64,000 nt of DNA from a virus (Duplodnaviria > Caudoviricetes): IMG/VR virus record IMGVR_UViG_3300028886_000051; one strand, written 5' to 3'. This document shows positions 19,008-29,188 of the stretch, one piece after another (within the stretch, counting starts at the first letter, position 1; the number at the start of each line of letters is the position of its first letter). The notes under the pieces were generated by a model that made no database searches, was not told the DNA's origin, and saw only the letters and a list, made by a program, of their open reading frames with translations. Position numbers and translations under genes: made by a program.

Positions 19008-19304
19008 GAATTCCGTATTTCCTTCCCTGAGAAAACTATCTGGTTGTATACAGGGTTTAAATGGGATGATATTATGTGTTCTTTTGCAGGATTACAAGCT
19101 GATCACGTTGTATCAAATGAGAAAGATATTGAAGCGTGGGAAAAGAGAAGAGAAATAATTTCGCTATGCGATATTCTCGTTGACGGGGAATATATAGATG
19201 AGCAGAAAGACCTTACATTGAAGTGGAGGGGTTCAAAAAACCAAAACTGTATTGATGTAAAGCAATCTCTTGCTCAGAATAAAATTGTTTTATATTGTGA
19301 TTAA
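19008..19304 (+). pseudogene. nrdG: 3' half of a second, displaced nrdG
   Basis: EFRISFPEKTIWLYTGF...DILVDGEYIDEQKDLTLKWRGSKNQ; no CxxxCxxC motif and no RBS. Confidence 0.88.
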
Positions 19305-19320
19305 AGGAGAGGAGTAACAA

Positions 19321-19875
19321 ATGCCAAGAAAAACATTAGCAAATACAGAACTACCTATTGAAGAAACAGACATAGAAGAAGGTACATTACCTTTCTTCTT
19401 AATAGATGATGAATATGGTATAGCCTGTGACCAATATTGTTATATGTTGTGTAAAAAGAAACGTGCAAATAGAACAATAAAGGACGAAGATGGCAAACCT
19501 AACCATATAGAGTCATATTGGTCTTGGACACCTTTTAAGTATACGGGTACATTTCAATCTATTATGGAAACATATGTAGAACAGAAGGAACGTGGCTTAA
19601 ATAAAAGAATAGTAAAGTCAAAGGACTTTAAGCAAATACTTGAAACATATAATAAAATTCATAAAATTATATCAAATTCATTAGATGTAGAAGGCTTAAA
19701 CAAATCTTTTATGTCAGTAACAAGTTTACTAGATCAAAAAGAAAAACTTTTACAAGAGATTTCAGAAGTACACGAACTAAAGGAAGACCTATTAAAAGAG
19801 TACAATGAATTACAAACCTTAATAAAAGAAAAACGAAAGATTATTGTAGATAAACACAAACCATTAAAAAATTAG
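19321..19875 (+). CDS. Hypothetical protein
   Basis: Strong RBS; C-terminal coiled coil. Confidence 0.7.
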   Translation: MPRKTLANTELPIEETDIEEGTLPFFLIDDEYGIACDQYCYMLCKKKRANRTIKDEDGKPNHIESYWSWTPFKYTGTFQSIMETYVEQKERGLNKRIVKSKDFKQILETYNKIHKIISNSLDVEGLNKSFMSVTSLLDQKEKLLQEISEVHELKEDLLKEYNELQTLIKEKRKIIVDKHKPLKN

Positions 19876-19887
19876 GAGGAAAAATAC

Positions 19888-20319
19888 ATGGAGACTATTA
19901 AAATTAAATATTTTGATAATGAGATAGATAAAATAGAAAAGATTAATAAGGGTGATTTAATTGACCTTCGTGCAGCAGAAACAGTAGAAATGAAAAAGGG
20001 TGATTTTAAATTAATTAAGCTCGGTGTCGGTATGAAGCTACCTGATGGATATAAAGCTAATATGTATCCACGTAGCAGTACATATAAAAATTTTGGTATT
20101 ATTTTAGCTAATAGTGTAGGACAGATTGATAATAGTTATAGCGGGGATTCAGATGAATGGAAATTTCCTGCAATAGCATTAAGGGACACAGTAATTCATA
20201 AAAATGATAGAATATGTCAATTTGAGATTCAGAGGATTCAGCCAGAGATTGAGTTTATAGAAGTTGAACATTTAGATGAAGAATCAAGAGGCGGTATTGG
20301 TTCTACTGGAATGAGATAG
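19888..20319 (+). CDS. dut: Trimeric dUTPase
   Basis: [29 protein letters not shown]. Confidence 0.95.
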   Translation: METIKIKYFDNEIDKIEKINKGDLIDLRAAETVEMKKGDFKLIKLGVGMKLPDGYKANMYPRSSTYKNFGIILANSVGQIDNSYSGDSDEWKFPAIALRDTVIHKNDRICQFEIQRIQPEIEFIEVEHLDEESRGGIGSTGMR

Positions 20320-20361
20320 TAAATAAAATATTAATAAGGCATAAAAAGCGAGGAGATAAAA

Positions 20362-20493
20362 ATAGACCACGAATATAAAGAAGGAAATATAAAAGTTATA
20401 ATTCAAATGCCTGAAGAAAACCCAAATGACGAAAAAATAAAAAATGAAGTAAAAAAAATAATGCAGGATGAATTGATATTTTTATTGAAATAA
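20362..20493 (+). CDS. 43-aa protein, candidate recombination directionality factor (ATA start)
   Basis: GAGGAG RBS 6 nt before ATA; open frame DHEYKEGNIKVIIQMPE...LLK; directly upstream of the serine recombinase. Confidence 0.45.
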   Translation: MDHEYKEGNIKVIIQMPEENPNDEKIKNEVKKIMQDELIFLLK

Positions 20494-20514
20494 GAAAAGT
20501 AAATGGGTATAATT

Positions 20515-20553
20515 TAGTGTATACAAATCTAATAATAATTTTTGTATACACTA
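20515..20553. promoter_or_regulatory. Perfect 13-bp inverted repeat upstream of the recombinase (operator or att-like)
   Basis: TAGTGTATACAAA-N13-TTTGTATACACTA between a TATAAT box and the RBS. Confidence 0.6.
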
Positions 20554-20574
20554 TTTTTTTTAGGAGTGATTTTA

Positions 20575-22320
20575 ATGAAGAAAGTAAGAATACTTTTAAG
20601 AGTAAGTTCCAATCAACAGTTAGAAGCCGATGGCGATTTAACAGTTCAAAGAGAAATTGTTTTAGACTATATTTCTAAACATGATGATTGGGAATTAGAT
20701 AATAAAGAATATTTTGAAGGTAGCAATAGTGGATATAAAAATGCAGTCAAAGACAGAGATGTATTGCAAGAGGCACTATCTGATGCAAAAAATAATGAGT
20801 ATGATATTCTCGTAGTATACAAAGATGATAGAATTGGTAGACGCATGTGGGAGATTGGTTCATATGTAATGCAACTAAAATCATATGGTGTTGATATTTA
20901 TACAACAAAAGATGGTTGTATATCGCCTGAAAGTAACGATGTTATGGGGCAGATGATGCTTGCGTTACGATATGGTAATGCACAAAAATCAAGCTCTGAT
21001 ACGGGACAAAGAGTAAAGGATACAGCCCAAAAACTAGTTAAACGTGGTAAATTTATGGGTGGAAAAGCACCTTATGGCTATGAGCTTGTATTGTCAGGAG
21101 AATTATCTAAACATGGAAGAGCTTTGCATAAATTAAAGAAAATACCAGAACAAGTAGAAGTTGTGAAATATATATATGATTTATCATTAAATAAGGAATT
21201 TGGTTCATCTAAAATTGCAAAAATTTTAAATGAGGATACTTATTATCATAGTTTAGCACCAAATGACGATTGGAAAAATGGAACAGTTACCTCAATTTTA
21301 ACAAATCCTATTTATTGTGGAATTACTGCTTATAAACGAAGAGAAAAAATTGATGGTAAATATCATTCTTTAGATTCAAAAGATTGGGTTTATGCAGATA
21401 AAATAAATGAAGAAATTGCAATAATAGACAAAGATATTTGGAACAATGTACAAGAAAAAAGAAGTAATCGTTCAGTGAGATATAGAGAAGGGGTATTAAA
21501 GGAAAAGGGGATAAATGTACTATTAAGAAATGACGGAGAATTGGCATTAATTGATGTTGCGTATTGTGGATATTGTGGCAGAAAATTAACAAATGGAACT
21601 AAATACAATTATTGGACAATAAAAGGTACTGGCGAAAAAAGAGCAAGTAAAATTCCAATATATAAATGTCAAACTGCTTGGTCTGGTGTTCCACATGATA
21701 GTACAAAAATGTATAGAGCTGATAAAATAGAAGAAATTGTTTTTAAATATGTAGCACAATATATTTCTATTTTACAAGATAATTCAGAAGTATATGAAAA
21801 GATACAAGAGAATAATAAAAAAGAAAGAGAATTATTTAACCAAAAAATAAAGAAAGAGAAACAAGAACTTGATAAAATAATTGATGGAATAGAAGTAATG
21901 AAAAGCCATCTTCCAGAAGCAATGTTGGGAAATTATCCATTAAGTGTTGAAATCATTGCTGATACAATAAAACAATTTGAAGAAAAAGAAAAAATACAAA
22001 AACAAAAAATACAAGAATTAAAGCAACAATATGAAGAAATGGAAATCGAAGAACAGGATTGGGATGAAGTATGTAAAATCATTCCTTCATGGATAGAAGT
22101 TTTTAATAATGCAGATAAAAAAACTAAACGTGTCTTAATCAATAAATTAGTTGATAAGGTTATTATCAAAAAAGATGAAATAACAGTTAAATTTAAGATA
22201 AATCTTAGTAAGCCCAGGCAACTCCAACCACGAATAAGTGAATACAATGGGGTACAGGAACAGCTACTCATTCGTGGTTACAGGAACATAATATTAAAGG
22301 ATTTAATAATTCAATATTAA
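20575..22320 (+). CDS. Large serine recombinase (integrase)
   Basis: LRVSS..Q, DRIGR, GGKAPYGY, LTNPIYCG, CGYCG zinc ribbon, coiled coil. Confidence 0.95.
   Translation: MKKVRILLRVSSNQQLEADGDLTVQREIVLDYISKHDDWELDNKEYFEGSNSGYKNAVKDRDVLQEALSDAKNNEYDILVVYKDDRIGRRMWEIGSYVMQLKSYGVDIYTTKDGCISPESNDVMGQMMLALRYGNAQKSSSDTGQRVKDTAQKLVKRGKFMGGKAPYGYELVLSGELSKHGRALHKLKKIPEQVEVVKYIYDLSLNKEFGSSKIAKILNEDTYYHSLAPNDDWKNGTVTSILTNPIYCGITAYKRREKIDGKYHSLDSKDWVYADKINEEIAIIDKDIWNNVQEKRSNRSVRYREGVLKEKGINVLLRNDGELALIDVAYCGYCGRKLTNGTKYNYWTIKGTGEKRASKIPIYKCQTAWSGVPHDSTKMYRADKIEEIVFKYVAQYISILQDNSEVYEKIQENNKKERELFNQKIKKEKQELDKIIDGIEVMKSHLPEAMLGNYPLSVEIIADTIKQFEEKEKIQKQKIQELKQQYEEMEIEEQDWDEVCKIIPSWIEVFNNADKKTKRVLINKLVDKVIIKKDEITVKFKINLSKPRQLQPRISEYNGVQEQLLIRGYRNIILKDLIIQY
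22226..22279. other. Candidate attP inside the 3' end of the integrase gene
   Basis: AACCACGAATAAGT-N26-ACTCATTCGTGGTT, 13/14 inverted arms, 54 bp in total. Confidence 0.55.
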
Positions 22321-22327
22321 AAATCGT

Positions 22328-22367
22328 AAAAAATAGGGTATGTAGAAATTAATCTACATACCCTAAA
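22328..22367. terminator. Bidirectional terminator between the convergent arms
   Basis: TAGGGTATGTAGA-loop-TCTACATACCCTA flanked by A runs. Confidence 0.85.
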
Positions 22368-22368
22368 A

Positions 22369-23274
22369 TTATCTTTTTTCAAGCACAATCTGAACCGCTT
22401 CGATACGTCTTTTCTGACCTGTTGTACCTGCCACGTTACCATTAGTAACCCAAGTACCCCAGCCAATACCCTGCATGTGTACTCTGTATTTTAATACATA
22501 TTTATCAGCATTGCTACCACAAAGTGATAACTTTATTGCTTCCATACGAAGTTTTCTTCCTTTAGTACCAATATAATTACCATTGCCGAATATAACCTGA
22601 TTCTGCCAGCCTATACCCTGTACGTGTGCCTGTCCTGCAATACCCACTCCAGGTGCATTGTCCAATCCAACAATACTTAGTGCTTCAAGCCTTAATGCTC
22701 TGCCTGTAGTTCCGCAGACTTCACCATCTTTAACAACCGATGTATCACCAAGATTTTCGCAATGACCTTTATATTTAATGCTAGGTTTTGCAGTATCTTT
22801 ATTTTTTTTACTTGTACTCATATCATATGTAATATAAGACTGTAATAACCAATGTGTAAATTTAGCATTACTTAACTTATTTTTTCTACAACCATAGGCA
22901 GAGCCATCTTCGGCTACATACATAGGAACACCATTTTCATAACCAATGAATATTCCTACATGCCCCTGCCTCCATACAGTAGCACCAATAGGAGCTTCGT
23001 TTATAGTTGAAATAGACTGTCTCTTAACAGCATCGGCATATAATTGACTACTGCCCAACATTTTATTTGTATACCACGAAATTAAGCCTGAACAATCGCA
23101 GCATACTTTACCAATCTTCTTTGAATCACTATTCCAAACATAGCTAACGCCATACATTTTCTGTAACTCAATAAACTTAGCCTTAGTTAATACTTGTCCC
23201 TTCATTCCATAAACATAAGGTGTTCCAATTTTTGATAATCCAAAATTTGCTAATCCATGACCTGTTAAACTCAT
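22369..23274 (-). CDS. Endolysin: NlpC/P60-like catalytic domain plus ChW repeats
   Basis: PYVYG, DCSGLI, GHVG; HVQGIGW and GTTG...R.EA repeats. Confidence 0.9.
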   Translation of the reverse strand: MSLTGHGLANFGLSKIGTPYVYGMKGQVLTKAKFIELQKMYGVSYVWNSDSKKIGKVCCDCSGLISWYTNKMLGSSQLYADAVKRQSISTINEAPIGATVWRQGHVGIFIGYENGVPMYVAEDGSAYGCRKNKLSNAKFTHWLLQSYITYDMSTSKKNKDTAKPSIKYKGHCENLGDTSVVKDGEVCGTTGRALRLEALSIVGLDNAPGVGIAGQAHVQGIGWQNQVIFGNGNYIGTKGRKLRMEAIKLSLCGSNADKYVLKYRVHMQGIGWGTWVTNGNVAGTTGQKRRIEAVQIVLEKR

Positions 23275-23276
23275 AA

Positions 23277-25541
23277 TTAATTACTCCCTTCTGCGTTTTC
23301 TAACTTTTCAATTCTTGAAAGCAAATCATTATACTTGTTTTCAAGCTCTGTATTTTTATTTTTTAATTCTTCAATTTCTTTTTCATGTTCCTGAACTACT
23401 TTTATAAGTGGGGATATGAATTCTTCATATCGAAGTGAATATATATATTCACCTTCAATTTCTTCTGTTTTTATCTCGGTTAAAGGCGTTCCATCAGAAT
23501 TTAGAACAGCTTCTCCATTATCATCTAATACATCAACTACATATTCTTTTAATTTTGGTGATTTAACAAAACCCGCAAAATCTAGTGAAGACAAATGCAA
23601 GTCATTAAGTAATTGTTCTATATCTTGAGAAATTATGCCATAATGTGTTCTTCCTGAAGTACCATCATTATATTTATAAGCTTTTGGTTGCACACCCAAT
23701 ATAATAGATTTAGCCAATTCTCTAGTAATATCCGATATATCATGTTTTTCATTTTTATCTGAGGTTACAATGGTAGAACTTGCAGCGCAAATACTAGCCC
23801 ATCTGTGGTTAGAAAGTCCTAAATTTAATGGTGCACATCTTATATTAAATGCATCAGAAATAACTGAACTACCATTACCACATGGTCTAAACGATTTAGT
23901 ATCTATTACAACACCATATTTAATACCAGTTGAGCCATACATAGCAGTTTCTACATGATCTACACCATTAACAGATATAGTAGAATTATTACTTTCATTT
24001 ATTTTTACATATTTATCACTATTACCTATACGAATAAAATCAGTACAATCAAAGTAATTTGTAGTAATTCCTGTTGTATCTATTCTTGTATTAAAACCAT
24101 TTTGTGTGCTACCAAGTAATATTTCAGAAGTTTGTCCATTACCCATTGGGGATGCCGAGTTGGTACATCTAAGATGTAATGCACCTAAAGCATATGGTTT
24201 ACCATTAAAATAAGGAATTAAAGATATATGTCCATCTTCTATTGTTAACTCGGAAGTTACACGGGTTTCAGATCCACCACTGCTCTCACTGATAAGTGAT
24301 TCTTGACGAATATTTCCGCCTGTTATTTCAATATTCTTTAAATAGCCTTTTTCATTTTCAGGATCAACTGTAAAAACAGGACTTATGATATTTCCATTAT
24401 TAAGATTTAAAAATGTTCCGTCTTTAGAATATGGTGTTGTTGTTTCATCTGGATCGATATAATTTTTAGATTTAATGGCATCAGTTGCTATTTTATTGAC
24501 AGTAACAGCACCATCAACTAACATATTTCCATTAACCTTAACAGTACCGTTTAAAGAAATAGTGTCTGCAACCACTTTAGCCATTTTATTAGTTAATGTA
24601 ATGCTTCCTTCAGAATCTAAACTTGATACAACGGCATTTATTTTATCGGAAGAAACTTTAAGAGTTGCTTGTTCCTCAACTGGATTAATTGACCAATCAG
24701 TAGCTTTATTACCACGTTCCATCTTGAAATTCCAGAATGAATGTGTTGAGCCTTTTTTATTTACATCTACTCGCAAGTAATATCTACCACTTTCAGGACA
24801 TTTAAAAGTAAATGGAAGGCTACTTATTCTAAAAAAAGTTGTATACGCCATATCTTTTAAAAAAAATACTTCAACAGTATCTCCTCCGTTTATACCGTAT
24901 ATTCCGTCTGTTTTACAATTAAATGTGTATGTTTCGTCTTTTTCTAAATCTACATATATATTGTCAAACGTTTTAACAAAATCGTCCCTTGTAGCCGTTA
25001 TAGATAATTTGTTGTTTTCAGTATATATTGTTGAACCATTAATTAAATTGGCTGCACCAATATTTAAGTTTTTAATAGCTTCTATAGTATAATCCTCAGA
25101 AGTCTGTTGAGCTTTAGTAATTTTACTATTAACATCTTCGATAGTAGAGTAATCACTAAATTTTGTTTCTATTTTACCTATTTGGGTTGTATGACTGTTT
25201 GAAGTATCTATAACAGAATTTATGGCATCTTTCATATTAACCACTTTACCATCAGACTTTGTGATAGTAGTTTCACCAATAATAGTCTTTACGGAATTAT
25301 CACTTTCTGTTTTTGTATAATAATTTGTTTTTAACTCATTGTAGATTTTTCCAAATTCACCAGACATATCATTTACATTATGCCATTTTTTATCTTTAGA
25401 ACTATAATATTTTAATATATTCTGTCCATCATTTGTATCTAACCATAGTTCATTATCTTTTGGATTAGCAGGTGCATTAACACCTACTGTAACATCTTTT
25501 CCTTTTACATTTATAATTATTGAGCCTGTTGTTGAACCCAT
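23277..25541 (-). CDS. Tail fibre/spike with C-terminal S74 intramolecular chaperone
   Basis: SDKNEKHDI...HYGIISQ...LRYEEFI; internal ERGNKATDWS motif. Confidence 0.85.
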   Translation of the reverse strand: MGSTTGSIIINVKGKDVTVGVNAPANPKDNELWLDTNDGQNILKYYSSKDKKWHNVNDMSGEFGKIYNELKTNYYTKTESDNSVKTIIGETTITKSDGKVVNMKDAINSVIDTSNSHTTQIGKIETKFSDYSTIEDVNSKITKAQQTSEDYTIEAIKNLNIGAANLINGSTIYTENNKLSITATRDDFVKTFDNIYVDLEKDETYTFNCKTDGIYGINGGDTVEVFFLKDMAYTTFFRISSLPFTFKCPESGRYYLRVDVNKKGSTHSFWNFKMERGNKATDWSINPVEEQATLKVSSDKINAVVSSLDSEGSITLTNKMAKVVADTISLNGTVKVNGNMLVDGAVTVNKIATDAIKSKNYIDPDETTTPYSKDGTFLNLNNGNIISPVFTVDPENEKGYLKNIEITGGNIRQESLISESSGGSETRVTSELTIEDGHISLIPYFNGKPYALGALHLRCTNSASPMGNGQTSEILLGSTQNGFNTRIDTTGITTNYFDCTDFIRIGNSDKYVKINESNNSTISVNGVDHVETAMYGSTGIKYGVVIDTKSFRPCGNGSSVISDAFNIRCAPLNLGLSNHRWASICAASSTIVTSDKNEKHDISDITRELAKSIILGVQPKAYKYNDGTSGRTHYGIISQDIEQLLNDLHLSSLDFAGFVKSPKLKEYVVDVLDDNGEAVLNSDGTPLTEIKTEEIEGEYIYSLRYEEFISPLIKVVQEHEKEIEELKNKNTELENKYNDLLSRIEKLENAEGSN

Positions 25542-25550
25542 TTTTAATTA

Positions 25551-28319
25551 TCACTCCTCATAATTAACTTTGCAAGTAAATTGACCACCATTACTTAACG
25601 ATGATGCATCTACCGTATATGTTTTTTTCGTTGCATTTTTAATTACTGTTCCATTCAAATACCATTGATAAGTGAAATTTCCTGTGGCAATAGTAGTAGT
25701 ACCATAATCATATATATTTGCTGTTAATACCGTTGTGTCAGTTATTGTAGTACCATTACTTGACGTTATAACAACATCGTATAAGAGTTTTCCATCTACT
25801 CTAGCAACTTTAGTTGTCATTTCTTGCATAATAGTATTTAACGACTTATCATCACTATCAAAATAAACTTTAGTAGAGTTAATAGAAGTAGTACCATTAT
25901 TTATTCCTGTAACAACAGAATCTATATTTAACTTATCTGCTGAAATACCATCATAAGTGTTAGACTTACTAGCCAATTTTTCAGACTTAATTAATCCATC
26001 TGCAATAGCCTTCTCTTTGACACCAGTTGAGTCAATTAATGTGCCTTTCCCTGTATCATCTAGTACAAAAAAAGTGAAGTTACCATCAGTATCTTCACCT
26101 ATTTGGATTCTTACTATGTTGTTTTTATCTCTGAATTGTATTACATTTTCAAAGATTGACAAATGACCACTCTCGGATAATATTTTAAATTCATTTGTAC
26201 TAATTGAATCACCAAAAATTGCTTTAGCAGTTATATATTCTGCGATTAAACTTTTTACAAATCCTTCTTCAAAGGTAACATTTTTTGATGTTAAATTAAT
26301 TGTTTGCATATCCCAAGAGCTAATATTACCAGATAAAAGAGTATTTATTTTGCCTGTATATGCTTCAAAATCCTTTACCTTAACAAAATCAAATGTTGCT
26401 TGATGAGCTTCAATCCATTCAGCTGTTATTATTTTTGAAGCAAGTTCATCAAATTTGGCTTGCTCAACTTCTAATAATTTAGTATAGATATAATTAGAAT
26501 CAATTGTGTCGATTTTTCCATCGGCTATTTTTTCAAGAGCGTTAATTTGTTCGCTAGAAAATACAGCACCACCCATAGACATATTCATTAATGCTGTTGA
26601 TAATTCAGCCCTTGTTACATAGTCGTTAGAGTTTTTAGATGAACTGCTACCTCCTGAACCACCGCTACCAGACGAATTGGTATATGAACTTGATGAAACT
26701 CCTGTTGAATTATTTAAAAGATAATCTAAATCGCTCATTCCGTTTACCGAACGAGTTGAATTACTAAAAGTTATTGAAAAATCAGAACTATTTTGTGGTG
26801 AAAATTCAAAAGAAATAATCCTTTCATCTAATGAATAATTTTCGTTCAAATAGACAACAATAAAATTTCCTAATGCTATTTTTTTATAATTGACCTTAAA
26901 CTCAGGTATTTTCATTAAATTTATTATATCAGTTTGAATTTGATACTGAGGTTGTGCTAAGGAAGATAGTGCTTCTGTCGCACTTATCATTAAATCATAT
27001 TGTTTCTGTTGAATCTGTTCTTCTGTATAAATATCAGTAATTGCAAAAGTGTTATCATTATAATCTCCCTCTTTGATAAACTGCGATAATTCAACTAATT
27101 GATCGGCGGTAAAATTATTTGCTAATAACACTTTAGATTTTATTGCAATTATCTCACTAGCAATATCTTTTAATTGAGATTCATAAGTTGAATATTGTTT
27201 CTTTTTACTATTAAGCTCTGTATTTATAGCATTTCTTTTTTCTAAATATTTATTATAGGTATTATAAAAAGGAGAAGTAGAAGAATTATATCCTTGTTTT
27301 TTATAATCTTCTATTGAGGTGTCTACAGACTTTAATAATGCCTCCAATTCGTCTATACCATAATCAGACCAATTCTCTGATTCCACATCATCAGGTTGTT
27401 TGTCTTTTAAAGCAGCCATTGTATTTTCAAGTTTGTTATAATCTAACTGCCCTTTTTTAAAAGATTCTTTATTATCTTCCCATATAGAAATATATGATTT
27501 CCAAGCAATCAATAAATCACTACTCATCCTAGAGTAAAAATAAGACAAATCATATATATATTCAAAACCACAATTCACTGCACGTATATCTAAATCTTCA
27601 TTGCCTGTAACACGTATACAATTAGTTATACCATTTTCATCTATTGGAGATTGGGTAAGCTTTTTGATGACTGTATTATTGCTTAAATAAACGTCCATAT
27701 ATTCACCAAAATGCTTTATAGGATATGCTGAAACAGTATAATTTTCAGTGTCAAATATAAATATACATTGTAATGTTTTCGCAACTTCCTCAGTTAAAAA
27801 GCTGTATATATTAATGCTTTCAATGGAAAAAGTTCTTTGCTTATTGATTAATTCAGGGTGTATATATCCGACAGACCAATTAGAAGCTTTCTCTAAAGCG
27901 AGGTTTAATAAAGACTTAGAAGTATCATTTTCATTATAAAAAGTTACTCCATCTATGCTTCCATCTTCACCACTATTTATATAAAATGAATTTAGATTTT
28001 TTTGAGACAATTCATATTCGATAGAATACAATTTACAATCTTTAGATTTAATTCCATTTTCATTTGTGTAAGTAGGAGTAGTAGACATCCACCACCCTAA
28101 ATTGTCTATATGTACTCTTGTGTTGGTTTCTATATCATCAAATGAATTTTCATTACCTTTATAGTATAACTGAAAATTAGCTTCACTATACTGATTCAAA
28201 TTTAAAGTAAACTTTAAATCAGTTGGTTTTCTGATACACTCATAAATATCTTTATTACCTTTAGCAATATACATTTTGCTATCAGATATTTTTTTTAGTG
28301 TTTCTAAATCTATAATCAT
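25551..28319 (-). CDS. Tail-associated/baseplate hub (Tal-like) protein
   Basis: Position after Dit; WSVGYI, RIQIG.D motifs; C-terminal Ig-like YQWY. Confidence 0.75.
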   Translation of the reverse strand: MIIDLETLKKISDSKMYIAKGNKDIYECIRKPTDLKFTLNLNQYSEANFQLYYKGNENSFDDIETNTRVHIDNLGWWMSTTPTYTNENGIKSKDCKLYSIEYELSQKNLNSFYINSGEDGSIDGVTFYNENDTSKSLLNLALEKASNWSVGYIHPELINKQRTFSIESINIYSFLTEEVAKTLQCIFIFDTENYTVSAYPIKHFGEYMDVYLSNNTVIKKLTQSPIDENGITNCIRVTGNEDLDIRAVNCGFEYIYDLSYFYSRMSSDLLIAWKSYISIWEDNKESFKKGQLDYNKLENTMAALKDKQPDDVESENWSDYGIDELEALLKSVDTSIEDYKKQGYNSSTSPFYNTYNKYLEKRNAINTELNSKKKQYSTYESQLKDIASEIIAIKSKVLLANNFTADQLVELSQFIKEGDYNDNTFAITDIYTEEQIQQKQYDLMISATEALSSLAQPQYQIQTDIINLMKIPEFKVNYKKIALGNFIVVYLNENYSLDERIISFEFSPQNSSDFSITFSNSTRSVNGMSDLDYLLNNSTGVSSSSYTNSSGSGGSGGSSSSKNSNDYVTRAELSTALMNMSMGGAVFSSEQINALEKIADGKIDTIDSNYIYTKLLEVEQAKFDELASKIITAEWIEAHQATFDFVKVKDFEAYTGKINTLLSGNISSWDMQTINLTSKNVTFEEGFVKSLIAEYITAKAIFGDSISTNEFKILSESGHLSIFENVIQFRDKNNIVRIQIGEDTDGNFTFFVLDDTGKGTLIDSTGVKEKAIADGLIKSEKLASKSNTYDGISADKLNIDSVVTGINNGTTSINSTKVYFDSDDKSLNTIMQEMTTKVARVDGKLLYDVVITSSNGTTITDTTVLTANIYDYGTTTIATGNFTYQWYLNGTVIKNATKKTYTVDASSLSNGGQFTCKVNYEE

Positions 28320-29117
28320 TTATATTCCTACCTTTCGTGCAACATCATAAGATATTGTAATAGTTCCATTACCTGTGACTTTGATAGAGTTTATTCCAGG
28401 AGCCAAAGATACCCACACTCTATTAAATTTAGAATATAAATTTCGATTAGGAATAGAAGAAGATAATATCATGTTTTCACAATCCATAATAACTTCTTCT
28501 TGATTTAATAAATTTAAAACAGTTGTCTGGTTTAAAGTGGTATTTTCAATAGTAAAATCTCCAGAATCTTCTTTTATAATTTTTATATATGGCTTAATAT
28601 ATATTTCATTATTTAAAAAATCATCAGAAGTATTATTAAGTACAAATGTTTTGTTGCCTGATATAGTATAAGAAGTAGAAGCGGTTTGATATCCATATGG
28701 GCTATCACATTCAAAAGTTACGGCAACTCCTACAATACCACCATTATTTTTTTTAATTTCTATATTGGTTGCTATTGCATTGAAATGAACATTGCTACAA
28801 AGTGAATTATTAATTAAAAGTGTTGTATATTCATTTACCATAAGCCATTTATGAATATTACGAATTTCTTCTTTACTAAATGCTTCACCGTCACATTTCA
28901 TTAGTCCAAAACAAGGTTGTAATACATCTTCATAAGACAATTCGATTAACTTTGCTTTAGGATTATTACCAACATTTTCTTTTGTAACCTCTAATGATTG
29001 CGCAATATCAGGTTCAGAAAATCCACTGGATTTATCAAAAGAAACAATTATATATCCAAAATCGCTTTTAGAATTTTTACCATTGAACGTAAAGTCTATT
29101 GCGTCTATATATTCCAT
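28320..29117 (-). CDS. Distal tail protein (Dit)
   Basis: FTFNGKNS, TFECDSPYGY, LAPG.NSI.V.G; directly after the tape measure. Confidence 0.8.
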   Translation of the reverse strand: MEYIDAIDFTFNGKNSKSDFGYIIVSFDKSSGFSEPDIAQSLEVTKENVGNNPKAKLIELSYEDVLQPCFGLMKCDGEAFSKEEIRNIHKWLMVNEYTTLLINNSLCSNVHFNAIATNIEIKKNNGGIVGVAVTFECDSPYGYQTASTSYTISGNKTFVLNNTSDDFLNNEIYIKPYIKIIKEDSGDFTIENTTLNQTTVLNLLNQEEVIMDCENMILSSSIPNRNLYSKFNRVWVSLAPGINSIKVTGNGTITISYDVARKVGI

Positions 29118-29188
29118 ATTAATATCACTCCTTTATATTTTATTTTAAATAAATAAGAGAGCCAACTTTGACATTGACTCTCCTAGAA

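Noticed and set aside
17017-19304. IStron (tnpB inside a group I intron) that would splice nrdG back together
   Set aside because: No group I core motifs between the two nrdG pieces, and the upstream nrdG is already complete
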